64,000 nucleotides of DNA from Zygnema circumcarinatum SAG 698-1b (lineage: Eukaryota > Plantae > Zygnematophyceae): positions 124,001-188,000 of the forward strand of contig CM074805.1 of assembly GCA_037447605.1 (NCBI GenBank). The letters are read 5' to 3'. This document shows, piece by piece, positions 30,277 through 42,258 of this stretch. The stretch's first letter is position 1, and every line of letters begins with the position of its first letter. The notes under the pieces were generated by a model that saw nothing but the letters and a program-made list of their open reading frames with translations, made no database searches and was not told the DNA's origin. The position numbers and the translations under genes are program-made.

Positions 30277-32222
30277 CTATTCCAGTCTAATCTGTGGCTT
30301 TATATCAAGCTGCTGTACTCCTGCTTCTGAAGGGGTACTTGAGACGGACGTGACGTACGGAAGCTGCTGAACGGGCAGTCTTTCGGCGTGCTCGCTAGGT
30401 GTGGTTGGGAAGACGTTTGTACATGCAGGTAAGGGGGAGGGCTGCATTGCCTCCAGAGTGGATGCGCTCTGCTGCCCGGACGATGGCTCTGTTGGGTGCA
30501 GGTTCTCCAGAGGCGCTCCCAATGCCCCTGGCACCGAAACGTTCGCTTGGCTTTGAGCAGCTGCCAGCTGCGCTCTCAGAGTTGCAACTTGACGCTGCAA
30601 TATCGCACAGGTAGCAAGCAAAGGTGCTTCAGATCTCACAAAAAAGTGTTTCAAACACCGCCCTTTTGAAAAAAACTTCCCCAGAGAAGCATGAATCAGC
30701 GATCAGCAACATCATCATGCTCGTCCTAGATTCTATGAATGGCCATGGTGGTTCGTCCTGAGTTGACAACATATCCCTTGGCGACAACCTTGGGATGCAT
30801 AAAACACACATGGCTTGTCCAGACTCCTCCGCAACACTCGAAGTGACTGAGACAGAGATTTTCCTAAATCGACATTATTTGGATGAAGAGGGATATGCAG
30901 GTTTGAGTTCCACACCTGTAGAACACATAGAATCCCGACGCAGCCATACACAGGATCCTGCACACGGGCTTGCGCTTCGTACTCCAGACTAGCCACTGCA
31001 TCTTCTCGTTGTTGCAAAGGGAGTTCCTGCAGGGCCCTCTCATATAACAACGATACTGGATCAACAATCAACAAGAGCAAATAGAAAAGACAAAGGCACT
31101 TCCTTCCCACCATCCAGCAAACTACTTGAGAAGATGAATGATAGCCACCCTGGGAGCTCCCCCTTATCAAAAAAGTCCTCTTCACCAAAACGCATCCTAT
31201 CCCCCATCCAGTCTACATTCGCTCAGCTTGCCCAAGTGCTGGGCAAAAGCTCGGGAAACATCTTTATGCCGCCTTGACGGCCAGGGCCCATGTAAGCCCC
31301 ACGGCAACTCTATTCCTCTCTCTAGTCCTCACAGCTCTATCGATCTCCATTTTTCTTACTCTCTCCCCAGGCTTCTAACATTTTTTTACCCCTTCCTCTT
31401 TTGCACTCCTTTCCAGCACCCCTCACACATCTCTGCCCAGTCTTTTCTGGAATAGCCACCTTGAGGGTCTCCCTGCCCTCCGTTGAAGACTGGACGTATC
31501 GTGACACTGGCTTAACCAAAAGCTTGACTTTTCTTCAGCTGACGAGAAGATCGCTTCTAATCCTGTTTTTTTAACTAATCGAAAAGGCGAAAAAATTGGC
31601 CTGAAGTAACTAAAGCAGCTTACTTTCCACAAAGGATGTGGAGACAACGAACTCTTCATGATCAAATTCGTGACAAATTATGGCACCTGTCTGACTGTCA
31701 GTTCCAATCAAAACAAGCCCCAACGAGTGCAGGGGACTGTAAAAGGGACTGCATAGCGGGGGGCCGCTACATCTCAGCTTCACTACGATGTGCACAGACA
31801 CAGTTTGGCAGCGAGCCTATGCTATGACGTAGGTGATGCGAAGGTTGGGTGTGGGAAGCACATGCCTGAAGCATTTTCGCGACATTGCTGGCTCCAAAAA
31901 CCTTGTGAACACGCGCAAATTTTTCGGGATCGTCCCGTGGAAAATAGGGCAAAAAAATGCAGTCTTTTGTACACTTTCTGCGTAGTGATTTGCAAGCTGC
32001 ACATGGAGGCTCTCCAACGGATCCTCCTCCAGATGATGGTGTCGGGCTCGAAGGCATGCCATTGATAACCCCGCTGCGCTGCTCCCCAGACAATGTGGCC
32101 GTTGCCATGCCTGCTGCTGCTGCAGCAGTTACACCTGAAGTTGCCGCTCCAGTCATCGCCAACTCTACTGTTCCATTTCCCATCCTAGCACGCTTGCTTG
32201 GTCCATGTTCCTCCTCTGTCAT
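30277..32222 (-). CDS. Class I LBD (LOB domain) transcription factor
   Basis: Exon 31866-32222 has C-block [15 protein letters not shown] and GAS block [14 protein letters not shown]. Exon 30916-31026 reads [26 protein letters not shown]. Exon 30277-30594 carries the leucine-zipper-like [11 protein letters not shown]. Confidence 0.95.
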
Positions 32223-34075
32223 CCCCCCCCTCTACTCTCCCCCAATGTTCCAAATGTGCAAACTTGTCGAATGCCGAACTAGCAGACTATAAGAAATGAC
32301 AGGGCAGGGAAGGGTGACTCTGAACCCTTCAGATCAGACAAACCACGCTACGAACAGGCTTGAATCTCAGCATGGCCGCTGCAGTGCCCTTCCACGGAAG
32401 ACTTGCAAAATCTGAAAAGCTGGAACAATGCGGAAACTTGGAACACGGCTATCTTCTTGTCAAATAGATGATGAAATAAAAGCACGCAGGCTGCAATGGG
32501 AGGGAGGGAAGGAAAAGAGAGAGAGTGGAAGGGGAGGCAGGAGAAGGACGGGGACGGAGTTGGAGCTTAAGGACCCGCCATGGCTGCTTGCGTTTCTGCT
32601 TCTGCTGGCGTCCGTACGCTTTTACGAACCATACGTCACCGTACTGTACCTTTGAACCTTCCTACGGGAACGGGACGGCGGCGCATGGAACGGGCAGTCG
32701 GGCCTCGGCCTGCATTATTGCCGCCCGAGGGCGGGAGCGGCGGAGGGAGGACCAGGACTGGAATTTGTTTGGAGATAAATTTTCGATCTGTCCGTAAAGG
32801 CAAGTACTGTAGTGGTGCCGTACTGGGGGACGGTGTCTGATCTCAGCCGTCCGATGGTCCGCGGCTCGGACTTCAGGCCGTCGGATGCTGCGGCATAGCA
32901 TGTGAAGAATGGTAGCCGACCATTGATGTGTTTTTTCAAGGGGAGGATGTGGCATTGACCTCACGATGGCGATGCCATCAAATGTGGATTTTCCCGTCCC
33001 ATGTGCATTACGGACGACAAGACATGGCGGCCATAATTTCTGGGAGGACCGCAACAGTGACAACAGAAATCAACGACAACAGAATGGAGGGGGAGGGGAG
33101 GGGGAGGGGGAGAGCCGCGTGGAGAGATAATCAAACCGCATGAAGAAGAAGTCCAAGTCGAAAGCTCTTCCATTACATCCGCGCTGTGGCCGGTAAAAAT
33201 TCGAAAGACGGAGAGTCAGCATTAAGGATTAGACCTACACTTCTCAAGCCTGCTGCCTATCATATACTCTGCTCAATTACAGCATCTATACCCGCTATGT
33301 ACACAGCAAAAAAAAATTAATGAGCCTACGCCAGCACATATGTTAGTCCTGCTTAAGGCGCCCCCACTGCGTACTACGTGAAGCCTATAAGTGCAAAACT
33401 GCGGGAGCCTACATCGGCGAGGCTGCAAACCACGAGGACTCGAGCGTTGTTTCCGGCAGCGTCTGTTTGTCTGAGAACAGTCGGATATAACAAAGGGGGC
33501 GGCCAAGCGCTGGACTCCCTGCTGTAATGATCCCTTCCTCTTCCGACTCTGTCATGGAGAAAGCTGTGAGGAAAGCGAAAGGAGTCCGCACAGCTTCTTC
33601 CATCTCAGGTCACACTTCCCCTTCAGGCTGTCTCTCGTGTCCCTCACTCTCTCCCCCTCGGCTTGCAGCCTTCAGTCTCCTTCCACAGATATGCGTTATG
33701 TACGACCCACCGCTCCCAACCTCCACTTATACTTCATTAACTTTATTTTCATTACTATTCCCCTCTCGCTCCCCTCCCTCTGCGTATTTTTTGTTCCCCT
33801 CCACTGATCCTCTGTAATAAGCCTCCTGACCGCCAACAGCTTCTCTCTGGACATACACTGGAAGTGCTCAAACACAGTCTTCAACCACCCATGAAGGCTC
33901 CCTCCATTTCCCCCTCCGTCCCACTCTTTCTCTACTTCCCCACCTCCCCCCTTCACTCCCTCCCCCCCGCCCCTCTTGCCTGTCCCTTCAAGGGGGGGTC
34001 TGGGGCATTCTCAGTGCCTGCTGCCTAACCCAACTTCAGACCAAACTGTTGATTTGTAAGCGCATGCGATTTCCT

Positions 34076-37000
34076 TCAGCCTTCCTCTCCTGCGTGAGGC
34101 ATCAACCTCTAAAGCTTGTTACGAGTGGGATTTGATGCAACAACATCAAAAGATTCACACATAACCTCAGTGGTAAGAAGTGGTCAAAAAACTAAAAAAA
34201 AGGGCGGTGAGGCGCAGGACGGCCCCCTTACCTCGCTTCCAGAGCATGCGGGGCCGGTGTGCATCATTCTTTGCAAAGTAAAGGCCGCATGCATTGCAGA
34301 GAGGAGCCCCGCCCTGCCGGTCTTTCCTCCAAAACGGAGTGGCGCGAGTGTTGCAGTTGCTGCAAACTTTGGGTGTTTCGGATGCCAAGGGCCGCCTCAG
34401 CCTCCTCCCGCCCTCCACATCTCCTCTCTCGTCTTCTCTCTCCCTCTTCCTCCAGTTCCCCCCTCCTGACCTTCCTTCACTCTCACCCTGTGCCCCAAAG
34501 GTTCCTCCAAGTATGGGAGTCCCGTCCTCATCGAGGCCTTGCCTTTCCCCTAAGCCTCCTCCAGCGTTTGCCCGTTCCCCCATAGGCATAGCTCCACCCT
34601 CCACAGCTGACCCACTTCCCAGCACTAGATCCGCAGGCTGCAAGAAACCCCCAAAAGAATTTTGGACCCCCCCCATGTCGGGTCTACCCTGCGCGGGATG
34701 ACTTTGCTTGTTTGAGTCCTCATGAGGGATCCCCCCCATGCCATGCATAGGAAAGAGGGCGGCATGAGGAGGCGCCCATGGCTGAGTTTGAGAACACAGC
34801 CACCAAAACCAGAGGAGCTGCTGTCGCTGCATGTAAGAGGCAGCCACCCTATTGCCTGCCCTGTCCATTAAAAGACCTCCTTCCGCAGCATCCGCAGCAT
34901 CCGCAGCAACAGAAGAAGTTTGTTCTCTGCCTGGGGTTGGAGGGGGCACTGCTCCTCCCAGCGATAGAAGAGGGAGCTCTCGAGGAGGGCCTCCTTGGAA
35001 ACCTGGAGGGCTGTTAGGACGGGGGTATTTGGCCATAAATTCCTGCAGAGTTTTGGGGCTCCTAACCGGAGAAGGGCCCGACAAAGGTGTTGCTGGGGGA
35101 GAGGCCCCTGCGAATTCTTTGGGGTCCCAAGCAATAGAAAGTCCGGTACTTTTGTGCTTTCCTGTGTTGCATGCTGTGTCCAGTGAGAGCCTGCATTGGG
35201 CCTCCTCGTCTCCTGTCGGGAGGGGCCACACTGCGCCAAAGCTTTTCCCCGCTGTCCCCTTATGGAAGGGCTCACCAAGGGCGGCCGGAATAAGAGAGCG
35301 CGGTTGAGGGCGGATCACACTACTCCCTTCTCCTTCGAACACTAAAGCGCTGTGATCACCCCCAGCTTCAAGCACTACAAGTCGGCCCTTCGGGAGGCCC
35401 TCTATGATTGTAGGCTCTAAAACAGTCCGTCTGGAAAAGACCAAAGGAAATACCCATTACATAGTCAGACTTCCGGTACCGCCGTTACTTCACATGCTTA
35501 CTTCAGCATGCATGCAGGCTGATCGGTCACTCTGCTGATGTTTAATAGCAAAAAAGGTGATGAGAGGGAGGAGGAGTGTTCACCCAGCAGAGCAACCGAG
35601 CTGCCAATGCTCATTGTCTCCCCAGCCATAGACCGCCCCAGAGCTGACATAGGCGATGCTGTGCTTCTTTCCGGCCGCCACCTGCAGCACGTGGTCGGAG
35701 CGGAGCGCCTGCACCTGCAGGGGACGGAGAGTGTCCTCGCGGCTCCCGTGCCCAGTTTGGCCCCAGTCTCCTCGGCCCCACTGCGGAACACGGGCAGCAG
35801 CTGGTCAGCAAGAGGAGAGAGGGCGCAGTGGGAGGAAGATGGATACAGGAGCGGGAGGGCAACTGCTGGCTGGAAGTGGGAAAGGGAGAGGGAGAGGGAG
35901 GGGAACCAGGCAGAGCAACTAGAGTGGGAGGCTACACATTCAAACTGAAAATTGCTCAAATTTTGCCCGGGATACATTCATTCCACATACACACAAGAGA
36001 CCTCTTTTGGACCAATAATCATTTTAAGTTTGTAGACATATCATCTATCTGCTAATTGAGTTGGACTCCGAGCAAACTGCGAGGAAGCCTTTAGGTTGTT
36101 GAAATTAATAAACACATAAAGACGTCTCAGCGAAAGCTCCAACACATTAACGCCCCACATCTCCAACGTCAAGGTGCAACTTGACTCGTAGCGCAAAACA
36201 AGCCCCAAGTTTTTGCATGTACCCAGTATGTCATTCATCGTAGGATAACTCTGCCCATCCCTGAATCTTGTTGTTCAAGAACTCTCCTGAAACTGCCGTT
36301 AAGACATACATGCACATTCTTGAACAGCTTTCTGAAACATTCAAGTGTAGAGACAGGAGTTACTCACTGTGAACAGAGACCCATCTGTTGTGATCGCCAA
36401 AGTATGGTCCCCTCCACATGCAAGGCGGGTTACACGCACACCGCCCATGTGCACATATTGCGGCAACGACTTGTTGGCTGTTTCATTCAGTCCCAACGCC
36501 CCATAGGTTCCCCGCCCCCAGCTGTACACCGCGCCCTCTGATGTGAGGGCTGTGCTGTGCTGCTCCCCACATGCCACCTGCAGTCAAGCAATTCCTTTTT
36601 CAATGAAATGAATCCCCACTCAGTAAGAACAGCAATAAACAAAAACATACAATATTGTCAACACATTACCGTTAAATTTTGTAACATAGAGACACACACA
36701 TCTTCATTAAGCATCACTAAAGGCCCACCTGCAGAACATTCGTTGAACTGAACTCCAAAATGAGCCTCGCGGTCGGGGACCGCAGTTGGGACCCTAAGCC
36801 CAAAGCACCATAGCTGTTGCTGCCAAAGGAAAAGACCTGCCCGCTCTCTGCAGGAAAAAGATTGGCCCGCCTTCTCACCATCGTCAGTCCAAACAAACTC
36901 TACAGAGCTTGCCCACTCTCAAACCCCCTGCCTGCCTAACCCCTTCCTCTCATAGAATGCAAGCTCTCCTCCTCCTAACCTCTTAGCCATGGCTGCCCCT

Positions 37001-38641
37001 CACCAGTGACTGCCAGCGTGTGGGTGGCTCCACAAGCAACCTGCATGAAGCGATGCTTTAGTGGAAGCGCCCCAACGACAGCGCGTGGCCGGCTCACCTC
37101 CTCCTCCCCTTCAACAGCGCCCCATACAACCAGAGAGCCCGTTCCTGCCCATTCGCACACACATAGCATCAGCAAATCGGTAAAAACAATCTATGTGGGT
37201 CTTCAGCGACTGATATAATCCAGAGCATACTGGTTCAGGCCCTCCATACTCGGACTTCATACTAACAGCACCATGAGAAAAAACTCGAGGCATTGCTCAG
37301 AAAGGTAAAAGCAAAAGGGAGTATGGAAAGACGTAATTAGAAGTAGTTGAGTCTCCTAGTTTCACGACGGCACTTGCATAGTGCTGAGAGTTGAGGAGGG
37401 GCGAACCTGTGACCGCTGCACTGTGGTCTCGGCCGCAGGCAACATGCCTTATGCTGCACATATCCAGAGCTGCCACCTGCACCGGTGCAGGGCTGGACAT
37501 AAACCCTGAAACACCAAGCTGGCCTGCACGATTGCTTCCTGAAGTGAAGACCTGGCCATTGGCTGCCAAATTGCCCCAATCCACCAGGTAATCAGCTCAC
37601 AGGAAAACATTCAAATGAGAGCTGAATTTGCAGTCGATGAATTGAAGCTCAATTTCCCGGCACTAAACTGACGGTTCCGCTTAATGCCAGCGGTTCTGGA
37701 TGGAGAATTAAGATAGCAGCAAGCAAGCAACTTGGAACCGTATTAAAAGAAAGGTAGATACTGCTTCATTTAGAGGCTGTCCGTTGGCCTACCCGTGAGG
37801 AAGGCAGTGTGCAGCTCTCCACAAGCAATATGAACGAGCTGGTCTGCTGAGAAAGGAGGCAGAACCACGGGACCGCAGCCTGGCACAACGTGGCCAATGC
37901 CCAGCTGGCCCAAGTCGCCCTTCCCCCATACATGCACTGCATGCCAGAAGCCCAAAACATGGTACCCCGCATCTCCCTTGCCTTTCGTGAGCATGCACCG
38001 TCTTTTGCTTGCAAAAGACTTATACCTTCCTGCATAAGCGGAAAGAAAGTAACGCAAATTCGAGTTAACAAAGAAGACTGCGAGGTGGAGGTAAAGAGGA
38101 GTTCCAACAGGGGTTCGTTGACGTCACCTGAGGGGCGGGTGGCATTCACAATCCCAGCTGGAACAAAGTCCACGTGTTGCGTTTTGGGAGGCCATGCTGC
38201 AGATATTACAAAGTGGACAAATGAATACAAACGTTATCACTAGCAGAGGAAGCTGCCGGGGTTAGGCAGTAAGAATCCGACCCATTCAGCAACGACTCGT
38301 AGAACTTCTTACGCTCAGAAGTACACTCAAACATGGATTGAAGAAGGCTTAAGGAGCAGACACAAGGAGACCTGTTCAGCTACTCAAATGCAACCTTTGT
38401 CTAGAGGAAGAACCAAAAGGATGCCTAGCGGACGAAAAGAGATACAAATCTTTAAGAAACTTAAGCCATGCCACTTCCCACAGTCCATGAGCGAAGCTAA
38501 TCCGCCCTTCAATCTCCTCGCATGGAGCTTTTCCTAGAAAATAGCTATATCCTTCCCCTGTTCAGTGGTTGCCCCCCCCAACCAGACCTTCAAGAAAGAA
38601 GATTATTGAGACCAAAGTTAGCGCAGAACCTTACCCAACAT
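34076..38641 (-). CDS. RCC1-repeat (7 blades) protein with C-terminal GATA zinc finger; first exon and stop tentative
   Basis: Seven RCC1 repeats across consecutive phase-compatible exons from 37936 down to 35430. The last joins an open exon 34232-35430 that ends in CSNC-x18-CNAC (34287-34364). Confidence 0.88.
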
Positions 38642-41600
38642 TTCCTGGCACTGCAAAGGACCGGTGGGCCAACTCTTTTTGTTTGCTTGGTCGCCTTCTT
38701 GCAACTCCTCCACCTTTCCTTCAAAGAAAGGTCAAACCCCTCCGCGATTCAACTCCGACCTCCACTTCCTCTACCTGCCCTTTCCTAAAACCCAACCCCC
38801 CTAAATCCCTCCTTCCCTTCTCCCTACCTTTCCTTTCAAAAATTCTGAGCCTCAAACAGGCTTTACCGAAGCACCAGGATTCCCGAATGTCGGAAGCTCT
38901 TCCAATAGCCCATACAAAGTGGAACATGCGTCCACCTCATGTCCATCTCATCCTCCCGCCTCAACCGTCTGCCCCGTACGTCCCTTCCGTCTCATTCTTG
39001 CCCTCGCCTCTCCCACCTACCTCCTCCTACCACCGTGTGTCGAAAAGCACGCCTCTCTCGCCCCCTCTGCTTCCTCACCAAACTGACTGTCATAAGCCCA
39101 AACCTATCACCGCTTTCCACCGCCCAGCACTCCTCTCCACTTCTGAACCTTCACACAACTACCTCCCTCCCTCCTTATCTCTTCTCTTGCGGCCCTCTTC
39201 CTCCCCCTTCCCTTCCCACTCCCCCTCCCCCTTCCCCTTCCCCCCTTTCCCTCCCCTCTCCTTCCTCCCCCTCTCCCTGTACCTGTCCTCCCTGCTCCTG
39301 CGCCAGCAGTGCAGCGAACCCTGGAAAGGCCCGCGATGGCGGCTGAGGAAGCCCGACCCTTCAAGCCAAACCCTAGCTAATTAGGGTTGAGCGGCGGGGT
39401 TGAGCCATGGCAGCGGCGCGCACCTCCTCCCGTCGGCCTGGGCGCGAGAGAGACAGAAAGGGAGGGAGGGAGAGAGGGAGAGGGAGAGGACCGCCCCGGG
39501 CCCGGAGACCCCCGCACGTGCGAGGCCACGCGTCCGCGCGGGAGAGGCGTGTCCGTGGCGCCCTTTCAGGCAGGGTGGGTGACGTGGCGCCCGCCCGGGC
39601 GGGCGAGACCCGGTCAATAGCCGTCAACGCTACGCTGGGCGGGCGGGCGGGCCCGGAAAATACGAAAAACAAAACGGGGAAAAATCTGGCGCTGCTCGCT
39701 GGCGGGCCGCGCTGGAAAATCTTCAATCCGGCAATTGCGAAAGTCAACGCGGTACGTATTTCAAAATGCGCGGCACGGGCAGGCGAGGGAAACTTTGGCG
39801 GACCATGTGTGGGAATTGTTTTGGATGGGCCGACACCTTGGACAGCCTGACGGGTCCCACGTGGCAATCATCCGCCCTTCCCCGCCCGCCGCAAAAACTG
39901 CAGATTTATCGCACGTGCGAAAACAGCTCCAGCTACAGTGCAAGTAAGCCGAGGCCGGTGCGGTGTGCGTGTAAGGATGGTGTCCAGCCGTCCGTGAAAC
40001 GTGCGAATTATTGAGCTAGGCGCTGGGCACCGTCGTGTCGTCGCCAAGATTACAGGGCTATAGGCGCCCGCGGATCAATCGGGATGTACGGACAAAAAAT
40101 GTACGGAAGCGGTAGTGGAGAGGCTGTCAGGAAACTGTCCAAACTTTGGGTCTTGACTTTTGGGTCCGTTCCGAGTTCCCTTGGTGCCCAAGTTGCGAAC
40201 CACCGCGATTCAGGTTTTTTTCAAAAAACCGAAAGTCGGATGTGCGGCTTCATCAGTTTGAGGAGACAGGCGGCGAGGCCGGAAGGGCGACGGCAGACCT
40301 TGAACAGACCTTCGCTAATACGAGCATGCCACGTGGCTGCCAGCTGGCCGGGCCAAATGCCATTGGCTCCATTGGTGGCCACACGACAGCAAGCCGGAAC
40401 GCTTGCTCTAGTGGCCGAGGTAGACATTTTTTAAATACAGTTTTTACCCCATTTTCTGGATGCGCCTATAGAGCCACGAGGCCAGTGTGTGACGTCAGAC
40501 GTGGCTTCAGGTTGCCCACACGAAACCGGGCCCTTCCAGCCGTACCCGTCCTATCTGTCACGCGCTGGAAAGGGGAAATCGAATGCCGTGCACAAATTTC
40601 CGTTCCCTATCCGGGAAAATTTGCCAAAATTCTGGACGAAATCCTGCAAGTGGCCCCGCGCCAAATTGGTCGCAATAAATAATGATGATGCCGTCGCGTA
40701 AGAAAATTCGCGGGCCGATTTTCACCGTACGGCTGCCCGCCCGCCCGCCCGCCCGCCCCTCCCTCCGCGATTTTCGAGCCCCACCAGCAGCCCGGGCGGG
40801 CGGGCTGCCCCAAAAGCGCGGCACATCGTCCGTACGGCGCCCCGTTAGGGCCGCACGCGCGAGATCGCCGACCCGCCCGCCCGTAACCAGCAACCGAACG
40901 TACGGCCGCGGGGCCGGGCCTGCTCCCCTGCCACGTAGGCGCCGTGGCGCTGGACGCGTTCTCCGGGCAGGGCCGGGCCGGCTCCCGGCTCCATGTACGG
41001 CCTGCGGCCGGGGGGGCGCAGATCCAGAAGATCTCCGATGCGCAGATGGGGCATCGCGATTCGCGCCGCTTGTGGCCGCCACGCGGCAGTTGACCAACGG
41101 TCGGATGGATCTTGAAAAGGCAGATGTGCCGCGGCGATGCGCCGAATCTTTGCGAGGGCCACGCGGCGGCTGCTCCTGACGACAGCAGCCTGCGCGAATG
41201 GCCCGCCGCAACGTGGCGGCGCGGGGCCGCTCGACGCGAAGGTTCCAGAGGCTGCCACGCCAGCCACGTGCGTCGTCGCCGGGCGGCCCTTGTCGCGGTG
41301 CGGGCGGGCGGGCGGGCGGGCGGGCGGGCGGGCGGGCGGGCGGACGGACGGGGGGCGGCGCATGCGGGGAAGGCGGACCAGGGCTTATCCGCTTATCCGT
41401 TGGTTCGGCGGACGAACGGAGGCGGTACCGCGCCAGGCAGGCAGGCAGGCGGGCGGGCCAGGCTCCGTGCTGGAACCGTTCCGTCCTGTTGCACGCGTTT
41501 CCGTGTTTCCTGAAAAGGAGTCGGGTCACACGCGGGCGCGCGATGAAGCAGCGTTCCGTGTTGAACACGGCATTGGCCGCCAATTCGGATGCGCGGACGT

Positions 41601-42258
41601 GCGCTAGCGCGGGATTTGGTACCGTACGGTGCCTCGGCACGCGCAGCGCAGGGCGGAGGGAGGGTCAGCACCGTCGGACGAGCGAACGATGGCAAACTCG
41701 GTTTCCAACGGTTGGCAACCATCGGCAATGGCTGGCTACGTCCGCCTGAAAATGGCTTCAATGTTAAAACTAGTGGCGAATGGTTGTCAACCATTGCATC
41801 CAATTGTCAACGCTAATGTTTAGGACTGTGAGGGTAAAGTTACTGAGCCTTCTCCCCTCACCTTCCAAGCAACGCACATTTCAGTATCGAAGTCATTCAG
41901 AACGAATGACAACCTCTGATATACAAGTATTGCCCGTATGTTCTCCTTGATGGGAACACGCATTCTCTCTGGACTTGCATTCGAGCAGTCTCCCGTTGTG
42001 CGTACGGTAGAGTGATTGGGGCTGGGTGTTGGGAGGGGCAGCTTAGCCGTAAAAAATGAAGTATTTCTACAATGAATATTACCGTGTTCAGCGTGGTGTG
42101 GCCTTGCAAAACGCTGCTTCGCAAGTTTAGTGCACTAGTTTATTTCATTTAGTGTTAGCCTCATTCATGTTTTTCTGATTAATACGTGGAATCTGTGAAA
42201 TCATTGTTCTTACGGATACAAGAGTGCCTTATCTTCTCCTACTCTTTGCCCACTCCAC

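Noticed and set aside
35430-37936. Assignment of the RCC1 protein as UVR8
   Set aside because: No GWRHT motifs or tryptophan triad and no C27/VP region; has a GATA finger instead.
38569-39384. 271-aa Pro/Ser/Leu-rich plus-strand ORF
   Set aside because: Antisense to the likely leader and first intron of the RCC1-GATA gene, and driven by a pyrimidine tract.
40558-41823. Many overlapping 130-360 aa Arg/Ala/Gly/Pro ORFs
   Set aside because: GC-rich low complexity leaves few stops on both strands; no domain motifs.
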